From contig JAXLTF010000015.1 in assembly GCA_046330185.1 (NCBI GenBank), forward strand, positions 7,224-71,223: 64,000 nucleotides of DNA. The letters run 5' to 3'. Under the pieces are notes generated by a model, which was not told the DNA's origin, did no database searches, and saw nothing but the letters and a program-made list of their open reading frames with translations. The position numbers and the translations under genes are program-made. Of the stretch, positions 40,752 to 49,814 are shown piece by piece; positions within the stretch are counted from its first letter, which is position 1; each line of letters begins with the position of its first letter. Source of the DNA: Actinomycetota bacterium. Its GTDB lineage: Bacteria > Actinomycetota > UBA4738 > HRBIN12.

Positions 40752-41930
40752 TCAGCTCCGCTCCAGGACGACGGCCAGCCCCTGCCCCCCGGAGACGCAG
40801 AGCGTCGCGAGGCCGAGGGCCCCGCCGCGGGCCCTCAGCTCGTAGGCGAGCGCCAGGATGACGCGCGCCCCGCTCATCCCGATCGGGTGGCCGACGGATA
40901 TGCCGCCGCCGTTGACGTTCAGCCGGTCGCGGTCGAACTTCAGCTCGCGCTCGCACGCGATCACCTGGGCGGCGAACGCCTCGTTCAACTCGATCAGGTC
41001 GAGGTCGGCGAGCGACAGCCCGGTCCGCTCGAGCACTTTCTGTGTAGCGGGGACGGGCCCGATGCCCATGATCTCGGGCGGCACGCCCGCCCAGCTCATC
41101 CCGACGATCGAGGCGAGCGGCACTCGCCCCTCGGCCTCGGCGCGACCCTCCGACATCAGCACCATCGCCGCCGCGCCGTCCGTGATCCCGGAGCTGTTCC
41201 CCGCGGTGACGCTGCCGCCCTCGCGGAAGACGGGCGGGAGCTTCGTCAGGCTCTCGATCGAGGTCTCAGGTCGTGGATGCTCGTCCTCGGTCACCGTTGC
41301 GGTGCCCCCGCCCTTCGTCGCCGGCGCCTCGACCGGGAATAGCTCGGCCGCGCGGCGGTCCCGCCCGGCGGCCGCCTTGTGCTGGGACTCGAGCGCGAAC
41401 GCGTCCTGCTCCTCGCGGGAGATGTCGTAGCGGTCCACGAGGTTCTCGGCCGTCTCGCCCATGATCAGCCCGCAAAGCGGGTCCAGGAGCCCGTCGCGGT
41501 ACATCGCGTCGACGACCTCCGCGTTGCCCATCCGGTACCCCAACCGCATCTGCGGCAGCAGGTGGGGCACGCGGGTCATGTTCTCCATGCCGCCCGCCAG
41601 CACGACCTCGGACTCGCCGAGCGCGATCTGCTGGGCCGCCAGCTGGACCGCCTTCATCCCCGATCCGCAGGCGAGGTTAACGTTGTACGCCGAGACCTCG
41701 ACCGGGACGCCGGCGCGGACGCTCACCTGGCGGCCCGTGTTCGGCCCGTTGCCGGCCTGTCTCGCGTGACCGAAGATCGTCTGGTCCACCTGGGCTGGCT
41801 CGACGCCCGCGCGTCGCATCGCCTCGGTGGCGGCCAGGGTCCCGAGCTCCACGGCCGGGACCTCGGCGAACGACCCGAGGAACCGCCCGATGGGGGTGCG
41901 TGCCCCCTCCAGGATCACGGCGCGCTCCAC
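40752..41930 (-). CDS. Acetyl-CoA C-acetyltransferase (thiolase II)
   Basis: 392 aa. Active-site Cys in NLACGSGMKAV. NVNGGGISVGHPIGMSGARV. C-terminal LCVSGGQGLAVVLER. Confidence 0.95.
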   Translation of the reverse strand: MERAVILEGARTPIGRFLGSFAEVPAVELGTLAATEAMRRAGVEPAQVDQTIFGHARQAGNGPNTGRQVSVRAGVPVEVSAYNVNLACGSGMKAVQLAAQQIALGESEVVLAGGMENMTRVPHLLPQMRLGYRMGNAEVVDAMYRDGLLDPLCGLIMGETAENLVDRYDISREEQDAFALESQHKAAAGRDRRAAELFPVEAPATKGGGTATVTEDEHPRPETSIESLTKLPPVFREGGSVTAGNSSGITDGAAAMVLMSEGRAEAEGRVPLASIVGMSWAGVPPEIMGIGPVPATQKVLERTGLSLADLDLIELNEAFAAQVIACERELKFDRDRLNVNGGGISVGHPIGMSGARVILALAYELRARGGALGLATLCVSGGQGLAVVLERS

Positions 41931-41939
41931 CGCGCCAGT

Positions 41940-43637
41940 CTAGCGGCGACGCCCGCGACGCCCGGCCGGCGACGTCGCGCGGGGTCCGTCCTCCCCGTCG
42001 CGGTCGCGGCCCGCGGCGCGGAGCGTCGCGAGCACGCGGTGAAGGGCCCGGCCGCCGTCGACACGTTCGGCCGGCGGTCGATCGCACGCCTCCACCCGAA
42101 GTCCCGGGTGCGCGACGAGCCATGAGCGCACGGCGGCGAGCTCGTCCGCCCGCTCGCGCGCGCACGGGGACGCCAGCGGGTCCGGGGTGACCCCGACGTC
42201 GGCGACGGTGCGCAGGGCCCCAGCGTCGAAGGTCAGCACCTGCCCGTCGAGGTCGCGGAGCTCGAGGCGGCCGGCGCCGACGAGCCATGCGTCGATCCGC
42301 TTCCGCCACAGGGCGTCGGCGAGCGCGCGCAACCGGTCCCGCGCGAGCGCCGCCTCCTCGAACCGCTCCTGCTGGGCCAGGCGTACGATCCGTGCCTCGA
42401 GCGCTCCGAGGAGCCCGCCGGGGGCGGAGAGGGAGGAGACCAGCCCCCGGACGAGCTCTCCGTAGCGTTCGGGACCGATCCGGCCTTCGCACGGCGCCGT
42501 GCAGCGGCCCATGTCGGCGAGGGCGCACGGCGCGAACCGGGTCGAGCGGGACATCGCGGTCGTGCATCGACGGATCGGGACGACCTCCTCGATCGCCTCC
42601 TTCGCCAGCCGGGCTTGGGCGCCGTTGCCGAACGGACCGAGGTAGGCGGAGCCGTCCCCGGGCCTCGCCGTCCGGACCACCTTCAGCCGCGGGAACGCCT
42701 CGGAGGGGTCGAGCCTGAGGTAGGCGTAGCGGCGCCAGGTCTTGCCCCGCCGGTTGAACCGGGGCTCGTGCTCGCGGATCCTGCGCGCTTCGACGACGAG
42801 CGCCTCGAGCTCCGTCGCGCAGCGTTCGCCCCGGACGGCCGTGGTCGCCGTCAACAGGTCCTCGACCTTCTTGCGACCGTCGCCGTAGAAGTACGACCTC
42901 ACTCGTGCCCGCAGGTCGGTCGACTTGCCCACGTACAGGACGTGGCCGTCGCGGTCCAGGAACCGGTACACGCCGGGCGCCCGCGGCAGATCGTCGGCGA
43001 GGCGGATCTTGCCGTAGTTGGGCCGTCCGCGGGCACGGCACGCCTCGTGCAGATCACCGAGGGTCAGGATCCCGAGGCGACCCGCGGCCTCCAGGAGACC
43101 CTGGAAGACCTCCGCGCAGGCCTCGGCGTCGTCGAGCGCCCGGTGGATCGGCTGCACCCGCGTGCGGAAGTACCCGGCGAGGGTCTTCAGCCGGACGTTA
43201 GGCACGTCCGGCCACACGATCCGGCGCGCGAGCTTCGCGGTGCACACGGGCGGCGGGGGGAGCGCGTCGTAGGCGCAGCGCGCCAGGTTGGCGTTCAGGA
43301 ACCCGAAGTCGAACCGCGCGTTGTGGGCGACGAAGACGCTCCCGCGCACGAACTCGAGGAACGCGGGCAGGACCGCCTGGATCGGAGGCTCGCCGCGCAC
43401 GTCGTGATCCTCGATCCCGGTCAGGTGCGTGATCCGGCGCGGGATCGGTCGCTCCGGGTCGACGAAGGACCTGAACGTCCCCAGGCGCTCGCCGCCTCGG
43501 ACCTTGACCGCGCCCACCTCGGTGATCGCGGAGTCGGTCGGCGATCCGCCCGTGGTCTCGAGGTCGACGACGCAGAACGTGACCTCGGCCAAGGGGACGC
43601 CGTCGGCCAGGGTGGTCTGGAGCGGCGCGTCGAGCAA
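41940..43637 (-). CDS. DEDD 3'-5' exonuclease domain fused to a GIY-YIG (UvrC-N-like) nuclease domain (Rv2191-type)
   Basis: 565 aa. ExoI VVDLETTGG, ExoII AHNARFDFGFL, ExoIII HRALDDAEA, then GIY-YIG GVYRFLDRDGHVLYVGKSTDLRARVRSYF. Confidence 0.85.
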   Translation of the reverse strand: MLDAPLQTTLADGVPLAEVTFCVVDLETTGGSPTDSAITEVGAVKVRGGERLGTFRSFVDPERPIPRRITHLTGIEDHDVRGEPPIQAVLPAFLEFVRGSVFVAHNARFDFGFLNANLARCAYDALPPPPVCTAKLARRIVWPDVPNVRLKTLAGYFRTRVQPIHRALDDAEACAEVFQGLLEAAGRLGILTLGDLHEACRARGRPNYGKIRLADDLPRAPGVYRFLDRDGHVLYVGKSTDLRARVRSYFYGDGRKKVEDLLTATTAVRGERCATELEALVVEARRIREHEPRFNRRGKTWRRYAYLRLDPSEAFPRLKVVRTARPGDGSAYLGPFGNGAQARLAKEAIEEVVPIRRCTTAMSRSTRFAPCALADMGRCTAPCEGRIGPERYGELVRGLVSSLSAPGGLLGALEARIVRLAQQERFEEAALARDRLRALADALWRKRIDAWLVGAGRLELRDLDGQVLTFDAGALRTVADVGVTPDPLASPCARERADELAAVRSWLVAHPGLRVEACDRPPAERVDGGRALHRVLATLRAAGRDRDGEDGPRATSPAGRRGRRR

Positions 43638-43734
43638 CGGGCACCTCCGCCGGTGGGGCCGCGCGGGGTGGCGAGGCTATCGAACAGGCGTTCGGTCTGT
43701 CAAGAACGCCCGGGCGGGCCGATCCGGTCCCGAC

Positions 43735-46700
43735 TCAGCGGAGGGGGAAGCGGTCGCGCGTATGGCTCGGGGCGTTCAGCTCGTCGCCCCGGAAGACCGC
43801 CCGCGCCAGGTACCGGCCCGGCTCGAGGTGACGGAATCGCGTCCGGAAGAGGGTGACGATCTCACCCGCGCGCGCCGTCCGGCCCGTGGCCATCGTCTGG
43901 ACGCCCCGCACGCCGACCTCGACCCATCGGCTCCCGACGCGGCGGTAGAGCGACACGTCGACCCCGAGTCCGGCCCGCGACGCGACCAGCCGGCCTCGGA
44001 TCGCCACTCGCGCGCCGGCGATGCCGCGGCCGCTGATCGACATCTGGGTCCGCAGCCGGTCGTCGTTGGCGATCGTGGCCGTCCCGTCGGTCCCCACGCG
44101 GGCTCCGCTCGCCCACACGAGCGTCAGCGCGAAGGTCTCGTCGGGCTCGACGGTCGCATCCCCGAACACGGCCACCTGAACGGTCACCGAGGTCTGGCCC
44201 GGGGGGATCGTCACCTGGCCCGTAGCGGCCGCGTAGTCGTCACCGCCGGTCGCGGTTCCGTCCATCGTCAGGTACCGGGAGACGACGTCGTCGGCGCTGG
44301 GTCCCGACAACCGGACGGTGAAGGCGGCGAACACCATCCCCGCGTCGCCCTCTCCGACCGACAGCGGGTCGACCGAGATCGTGGGCACCGGCGCCCGGTC
44401 GTCGTTCACGATCGTGCCGATCCCGGCGTCGTCACCGAGGACGGCGCCGACCGGATTCGACAGGCCGACCGTGAACGACTCATCCCGTTCGGATGCCCGG
44501 TCGCCTAACACGTCGACGGTGAAGGTCGCCGCGGTGTCGCCCGGCGCCAGGGTGAGGCTCGTCCATGCCGGAACGTAGTCGCCTCCGGTGGCGGTGCCGT
44601 CGGCCGTCGCGACGTCCACCGAGGTCGCGCTGGCCGAGGGGATCGAGAGCGTGACCGTGAAGGTCGCGGGCTTAGGCCCGGCGTCGCCCTCGTCGATCGT
44701 GACGTCGTCGATCGAGAACGCGGGCTGCGCCTCGTCGTCGACGATCGTTCCGGTGGCGGTCGCGGTGCCGAGCGTTCCGCCGGCGGGGTTCGTCAGGGTG
44801 ACCGAGAAGGTCTCGTCGCCCTCGTACAGGACGTCACCGCTCACGGGGACGTCGAACGTCGAGACCAGGACGCCAGGCATGAAGGTCGTCGTCGTGGCCG
44901 TGGCGGCGTAGTCGCCCGGCGCCAGGGCGGTCCCGTCCGCGGTCGCCGCATCGACCGTGACCGGGAACGCGCTGGGGTTCGAGAGCGACAGGCCGAACGC
45001 GGCGTCCGTGGTCCCGGCGTTCCCCTCCACGACGAGCGCGTTCGTGATCGAGACCGTCGGGAGCGGGTCGTCGTTCAGGACCGTCCCGGGCGCGGTGCCC
45101 GTCCCGATCGCGGCGTCGTTCGGAGCCGACAGCTGAAGGGTGAAGCCCTCATCGAGCTCGTATGCCGTGTCGCCGTGGACCGCGACGTCGACCGTCTCGG
45201 TCGCGTCGCCGGGCGCGAACGTGACGGTGACCGAGGTGTCCGCGTAGTCGCCGGGGGCGCCAGCGGTCCCGTCGGAGGTCGCCACGTCGACCGAGGCCGG
45301 GAGGCCGGTCGAGCCGGTGAGCGTCAGGATGAAGGTCGCGGTCGTGTCGCCCACGTCGCCCTCGGAGACGATCACACCGGTCACGTCGACGATCGGGGCC
45401 GCGTCGTCGTTCGTGATCGTGCCGACCCCTGCCTCGTCCGCGATCGCGCCCCCGGTCTCGTCGGAGAGCTCCAGCCCCAGGGTCTCGTCCCGCTCGAACA
45501 TCGGGTCGCCGTGCACCGTGACGTCGATCGTCGCGCTCACGATGCCGGGCGCGAAGGAGAGCGTCGTGGCGACGGGTTCGTAGTCGGCCGGCTGGACCGC
45601 CGTCCCGTCGAGGGTAGCGGCGTCCACCCCGACCGGGAAGGCGCTGGCGTTGGACAGGGACACCGTGAACGTCATGATCGCGTCACCGGAGTCGCCCTCG
45701 GTGACGGCGACGTCGTCGACCGCGATCCGGGGGAGCGGGTCATCGTTCGCGATCGTCAGAGTGGCGGTGCCGTCGGCGACGACGGCGTTCACCTCGTTCG
45801 TGACGGCGACGGTCGCATCCTCGTCTGCCTCGAACGTCGTGTCACCTGAGACCGAGACGTCGATGGACCGGGTCAGCATCCCCGGGGCGAACGACAGCGT
45901 TCCCGTCGCGGTCGTGTAGTCGGACCCGGCGCCTGCGGTCCCGTCCGCGGTGGAGAAGTCGACCGTGATCGGCTTGCCGGACACGGCCGAGAGCGTGACC
46001 GGCACCGCGGCGACCGAGGTGCCGGAGTCGCCCTCGGGAACCGCGATATCCCCGACGGTCAACGACGGGGGCAGGTCGTCGTCGACGATCGTGCCGAGGC
46101 CCGTGCCGTCGAGGATCGTGGCGTTCGACGGATCCGACAGGACGAGCGCGAGATCCTCGTCGAACTCGTCCATCGTGTCGCCGTCCACGGCCACGTCGAC
46201 GGCGGTCGAGAGGGCGCCCGGCGCGAGGTCGAGCGAGCCCGAGGCCGCGGCGTAGTCGGCGCCGGCGACGGCGGTGCCGTCGGCGGTCGCGTGATCGACC
46301 GAGATCGGCTTGCCGCTCGTGGCGGAGAGGCTCACGAGGAACGTCGCCGTCACGGTGCCCGCGTCGCCCTCGGTGACGCTCACGTCGCTCACCGAGACCG
46401 CAGGGGGCGCGTCGTTGTCCACGATCGTGCCGACGGCCTGCCCGTCGGTGATCGTGGCGTTCGTGGCGGACGAGAGGTCCACCGCAAACGTCTCGTCGAA
46501 CTCGTCCATCCTGTCGCCGACCACGGGGACCGTGAACGTGCGCGAGGTCCGTCCCGCCGAGAAGGTCGCGGTGCCGGAGGCGCTCGTGTAGTCGGCAGGG
46601 GCGGCGGCGGTGCCGTCGACCGTGGCCCACGCCACGGTGACGGTCCTGCCGCTGACCGGTGTCAGGGTCACGGTGAACGTCAGGCTCGCGGTGCCCGAGT

Positions 46701-47544
46701 TCCCCTCCGTCCGAGACGCGTCCCCGATGGAGAGGGAGGGGAGCGCGTCGTCGTCGACGATCGTGCCGACGCCCCGGGTGTCGGCGATGGTCGCGTTGGT
46801 CGCGCCGGACAGGTTCATCCGGACGGTCTCGTCGCCCTCGTCGAGGGTGTCGCCGGCCACGTCGACCGACACCGCCTGGGTCGTCACCCCGGCGGCGAAC
46901 GTGAGCGTGCCCGTCGTCGAACCGTAGTCGGCGGGCTGTCTGGCCGTGCCGTTCGAGGTGGCGTAGTCCACCGAGACCGTCCGGCCGCTGGGCGCCGACA
47001 GCGTCACGGTGTAGGTGAGCGTCGCCGCGCCGCCGTCGTCCTCGGCCACCGACGGATCGTCGATCGCGATGGAGGGCCGCGGGTCGTCGTCGTCGATCCT
47101 GCCGGTCGCCTGCGCGTCGCTCACCGCCGCCGTCGCGGCGGGAGCGGGTTCGCGAGGTTCACGAAGAACCTCTCGTTGGCCTCGTCGAGCAGGTCCTCGC
47201 TGACCTGTACGGTGATCGTCCGCGCGCGTGCCGCTCGCCGCGGTGAAGGAGGCGGTCCCCGACGATGCGACGTAGTCGGCACCGGCCGTCGCCGTGTCGT
47301 CGGCCGTCGACCAGTCGACCGAGATGTCGTTGAGCGGCCCGGAGTAGCTGATCGTGAACGTCAGGTTCGCGGTCCCGGCGTCGCCCTCGGTGAGCGACGC
47401 GTCACCGATGGAGAAGGAGTCGACGGGCGTCGCGCGGGCGCCCGGCGCCAGGCCGAGCACCAGCAGGAGGGCGCCGCCGGACACGACGACCGCGAACCGT
47501 CGCCACCGTCCGTTGCGGCCTTCCCGCATGCGGGTTTCCCACAT
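43735..47544 (-). CDS. Large secreted protein: signal peptide, ten Calx-beta repeats, and a ~107-aa C-terminal beta-rich domain
   Basis: 1269 aa. Signal peptide WRRFAVVVSGGALLLVLGLAPGARA. A repeat unit of ~105 aa: [S/I]xDxSVxEGDxG...FTVxLS..SG..VxVDxATxDGTAxxxxDY...GTLxFAPG...V.V.GD...E.DE.F.V.LS....I.D....GTIxDDD. Repeat 1 contains a locally out-of-frame stretch (see findings). Confidence 0.85.
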   Translation of the reverse strand: MWETRMREGRNGRWRRFAVVVSGGALLLVLGLAPGARATPVDSFSIGDASLTEGDAGTANLTFTISYSGPLNDISVDWSTADDTATAGADYVASSGTASFTAASGTRADDHRTGQRGPARRGQREVLREPREPAPAATAAVSDAQATGRIDDDDPRPSIAIDDPSVAEDDGGAATLTYTVTLSAPSGRTVSVDYATSNGTARQPADYGSTTGTLTFAAGVTTQAVSVDVAGDTLDEGDETVRMNLSGATNATIADTRGVGTIVDDDALPSLSIGDASRTEGNSGTASLTFTVTLTPVSGRTVTVAWATVDGTAAAPADYTSASGTATFSAGRTSRTFTVPVVGDRMDEFDETFAVDLSSATNATITDGQAVGTIVDNDAPPAVSVSDVSVTEGDAGTVTATFLVSLSATSGKPISVDHATADGTAVAGADYAAASGSLDLAPGALSTAVDVAVDGDTMDEFDEDLALVLSDPSNATILDGTGLGTIVDDDLPPSLTVGDIAVPEGDSGTSVAAVPVTLSAVSGKPITVDFSTADGTAGAGSDYTTATGTLSFAPGMLTRSIDVSVSGDTTFEADEDATVAVTNEVNAVVADGTATLTIANDDPLPRIAVDDVAVTEGDSGDAIMTFTVSLSNASAFPVGVDAATLDGTAVQPADYEPVATTLSFAPGIVSATIDVTVHGDPMFERDETLGLELSDETGGAIADEAGVGTITNDDAAPIVDVTGVIVSEGDVGDTTATFILTLTGSTGLPASVDVATSDGTAGAPGDYADTSVTVTFAPGDATETVDVAVHGDTAYELDEGFTLQLSAPNDAAIGTGTAPGTVLNDDPLPTVSITNALVVEGNAGTTDAAFGLSLSNPSAFPVTVDAATADGTALAPGDYAATATTTTFMPGVLVSTFDVPVSGDVLYEGDETFSVTLTNPAGGTLGTATATGTIVDDEAQPAFSIDDVTIDEGDAGPKPATFTVTLSIPSASATSVDVATADGTATGGDYVPAWTSLTLAPGDTAATFTVDVLGDRASERDESFTVGLSNPVGAVLGDDAGIGTIVNDDRAPVPTISVDPLSVGEGDAGMVFAAFTVRLSGPSADDVVSRYLTMDGTATGGDDYAAATGQVTIPPGQTSVTVQVAVFGDATVEPDETFALTLVWASGARVGTDGTATIANDDRLRTQMSISGRGIAGARVAIRGRLVASRAGLGVDVSLYRRVGSRWVEVGVRGVQTMATGRTARAGEIVTLFRTRFRHLEPGRYLARAVFRGDELNAPSHTRDRFPLR
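44059..47424 (-). repeat. Ten tandem Calx-beta coding repeats (~315 nt each, diverged at the DNA level)
   Basis: Repeat starts in the protein: SFSIGDASLTEGD, SIAIDDPSVAEDD, SLSIGDASRTEGN, AVSVSDVSVTEGD, SLTVGDIAVPEGD, RIAVDDVAVTEGD, IVDVTGVIVSEGD, TVSITNALVVEGN, AFSIDDVTIDEGD, TISVDPLSVGEGD. Confidence 0.8.
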
Positions 47545-47579
47545 GCGACCTTCATCGTCGTCCTAAGGGCCGACCTTGA

Positions 47580-47598
47580 GTCCCCCCGAACGGGGGAC
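47580..47598 (-). terminator. Short GC hairpin between gmhA and the Calx-beta gene
   Basis: gtccccc (47580-47586) pairs with gggggac (47592-47598), with a 5-nt loop. It lies 44 nt downstream of the gmhA stop on the minus strand. No U-tract follows. Confidence 0.3.
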
Positions 47599-47641
47599 AC
47601 CGGTATCTCGTCGTACCCCGAGCCGGGTAGGCCCGGATCGT

Positions 47642-48265
47642 TCAGCCGTTCGCGTCCGCAGGCACGGGCTCCGGGTAGATCGACCGCTCGACGAGCAGCG
47701 CCAAGAGCTGCTCGATGGCCAGGTGTGCCTCCTGGACGTGGGCCGTGACGGCGCTGGGCACGCGGATCGCCACGTCGGCTATGGGCGCGAGCGGACCTCC
47801 GGACGCGCCCGTCAGGGCCACGACCTTCACGCCCATGTCGCGCGCGCGCCCCGCGGCGCGCACGACGTTCGCCGAGCGTCCGCTGGTCGAGATCGCGATC
47901 AGGACGTCGCCGGGGGCGGCGAGCGAGGCCACCTGTCGCTCGAAGATCCGCTGGACGCCGAAGTCGTTCGCGATCGCCGTCAGGAGCGAGGTGTCGGTCG
48001 TCAGGGCGATCGCGGGGATCGAGGGGCGCGGGTGATCGAGGGTGAGCGTGCTGACGAACTCGGTCGCGAGGTGCTGCGCGTCGGCGGCGCTGCCCCCGTT
48101 GCCGCAGATCAGGAGCTTGCCACCGGTGCCGATCGCCTCGATGAGCAGCGCCGCCGCATCCAGGACGTCGTCCATCGCCTCGGTCTGGACCGCGCGGATC
48201 GTGTCGACGGCCTCTGCCAGGTAGCCCCGGGCCCGGTCCTCGAGCTCCGCGCGCGTCGTGGTCAT
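47642..48265 (-). CDS. gmhA: D-sedoheptulose-7-phosphate isomerase (SIS domain)
   Basis: 207 aa. LLICGNGGSAADAQHLATEF, TAIANDFG, ISTSGRSANV, LTGASGG, HVQEAHL. This is the GmhA pattern. Confidence 0.9.
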   Translation of the reverse strand: MTTTRAELEDRARGYLAEAVDTIRAVQTEAMDDVLDAAALLIEAIGTGGKLLICGNGGSAADAQHLATEFVSTLTLDHPRPSIPAIALTTDTSLLTAIANDFGVQRIFERQVASLAAPGDVLIAISTSGRSANVVRAAGRARDMGVKVVALTGASGGPLAPIADVAIRVPSAVTAHVQEAHLAIEQLLALLVERSIYPEPVPADANG

Positions 48266-49311
48266 GTCGACCGAGCCGGCGTCCAGAAGGCGCCGGCTCG
48301 CTCCGCGCGGGCGCCGGCGGTCGTGAACCGGAAGGGCGTGAAGCGAGCCCCCAGACGTTCGAGCTCGCGGCGGACGGCCGGCTGCGCGCCGGGACGGCAG
48401 TACAGGAGGAGGTAGCCGCCTCCCCCCGCCCCGCAGATCTTGCCCCCGGTCGCGCCGGCGGCCTGGGCCAGCGCGAGCATCGACTCGATGGGCGTGTCCT
48501 CCGCGATGTGTGGGTTCATCAGCTTCTTCGCGACGAAGGCGTCGTGGAGCATCGCGCCGAGCTCGTCGAGCTCGCCCGCCTCGATCGCGTCGCGCATCGC
48601 GTAGGCCATCTGGTGCAGCTGCTTCAGGCCGAGGATCGTGTCCTCGCGCCCCTGCTCGTAGAGCCGTATCTGGGTGTCGATCAGCCCGGCGTGCCGCCGG
48701 ACCGCGCCGGAGTGGCAGAGCAGGAGGTTCCGCTCGAGGCGCTCGCGGGTCTCATCGGAGACCCGGACGGGCTCCACCGAGGTCCCCGCGGCGCCGAACG
48801 CGAGGAGGTTCAGCCCGCCGAACACCGCGGCGAACTGGTCCTGCCAGCCGCCGCTGATCCGCAGGTCGTCGCGTTCGATCGTGTGGGAGACCTCGACGAG
48901 CTCGCGTTCGGTGTACGAGCGGTCCCCGAGCATCGCGAGCCCGGCCACGACGGCCGTGACGAGCGCCGACGAGCCGCCGAGCCCGCTGCCGGGCGGAGCG
49001 TCGGAGGCGATCGCCACGTCGAGTCCGCCCCGGACGCCGACCCGCTCGATCGCCGCCTTCGCCAGGTCCATCACGCCGTCGTACTCGGGTCCCTCGTCGA
49101 GGTGGTACTCGACGGTCCGGCCGAGGTCGAGCGAGCGGACGCGGACGTTGCGGTCGCCGCGGGGCTCGATCCGGACGCGGACGCCGAGGTCGATCGTCGT
49201 CGAAAGGACCGCCCCCCCGTGGTGCTGGAAGTAGTGGGGGAAGTCCGTCCCTCCGCCCACGAAGCTGATCCGCAGCGGCGCCGTCGCGTGGATCGGGGTG
49301 GGATCGTCCAT
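48262..49311 (-). CDS. GHMP-family sugar kinase, D-glycero-D-manno-heptose-7-phosphate kinase-like (HddA-type)
   Basis: 349 aa. APLRISFVGGGTDFPHYFQHHGGAVLSTTI... and the GHMP motif PPGSGLGGSSALVTAV. 4-nt overlap with gmhA. Confidence 0.8.
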   Translation of the reverse strand: MDDPTPIHATAPLRISFVGGGTDFPHYFQHHGGAVLSTTIDLGVRVRIEPRGDRNVRVRSLDLGRTVEYHLDEGPEYDGVMDLAKAAIERVGVRGGLDVAIASDAPPGSGLGGSSALVTAVVAGLAMLGDRSYTERELVEVSHTIERDDLRISGGWQDQFAAVFGGLNLLAFGAAGTSVEPVRVSDETRERLERNLLLCHSGAVRRHAGLIDTQIRLYEQGREDTILGLKQLHQMAYAMRDAIEAGELDELGAMLHDAFVAKKLMNPHIAEDTPIESMLALAQAAGATGGKICGAGGGGYLLLYCRPGAQPAVRRELERLGARFTPFRFTTAGARAERAGAFWTPARST

Positions 49312-49347
49312 GCCGGCGCCAAGTCTAGGTGGCGGACGGGAGGGCGC

Positions 49348-49626
49348 TCAGGCGACCCGACGGCCCACCCGACGACGCTTCTGCTCCGTGAGGCCGCCCC
49401 AGACCCCGTACCGCTCGCCGTTCTTGAGCGCCCATGCCAGGCACTCCTCGCGGATACGGCAGATCCCGCAGAACGCGAGGGCCGGTCCCGCCTCGTCCTC
49501 GGCCACCGGGAAGAAGAGGTCGGGGTCGATGCCGAAGCAGGCGGCACGCTCCTGCCAGCGATCCGGCGGCGAGGGGTCCAACGGGAGACGACCGATGTCC
49601 ACATCGGCGAACCGATCGATCTTCAC
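49348..49626 (-). CDS. WhiB-family redox-sensing transcription factor
   Basis: GTG at 49626 within ORF 49348..49941 gives 92 aa. Four Cys (AAC...FCGICRIREEC) and a GVWGG turn followed by a basic tail. Confidence 0.85.
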   Translation of the reverse strand: MKIDRFADVDIGRLPLDPSPPDRWQERAACFGIDPDLFFPVAEDEAGPALAFCGICRIREECLAWALKNGERYGVWGGLTEQKRRRVGRRVA

Positions 49627-49814
49627 CCGCCCCTCCCCTCGACCCGGCGGTGCCTCCAGGGGCGATTCATAGCAGAGGTGGGGTCGCGAGCGGAAGGGGC
49701 CGGAAGCACGCTCCCGAACGATCGCGCGGGGGACCTCGGCTCGACGACCCCCGGGACCCGGGCGGCCGTTCGGCCTGGGACGGAGGACGTCCCCCGGGCG
49801 GGATAATCCCGGGC

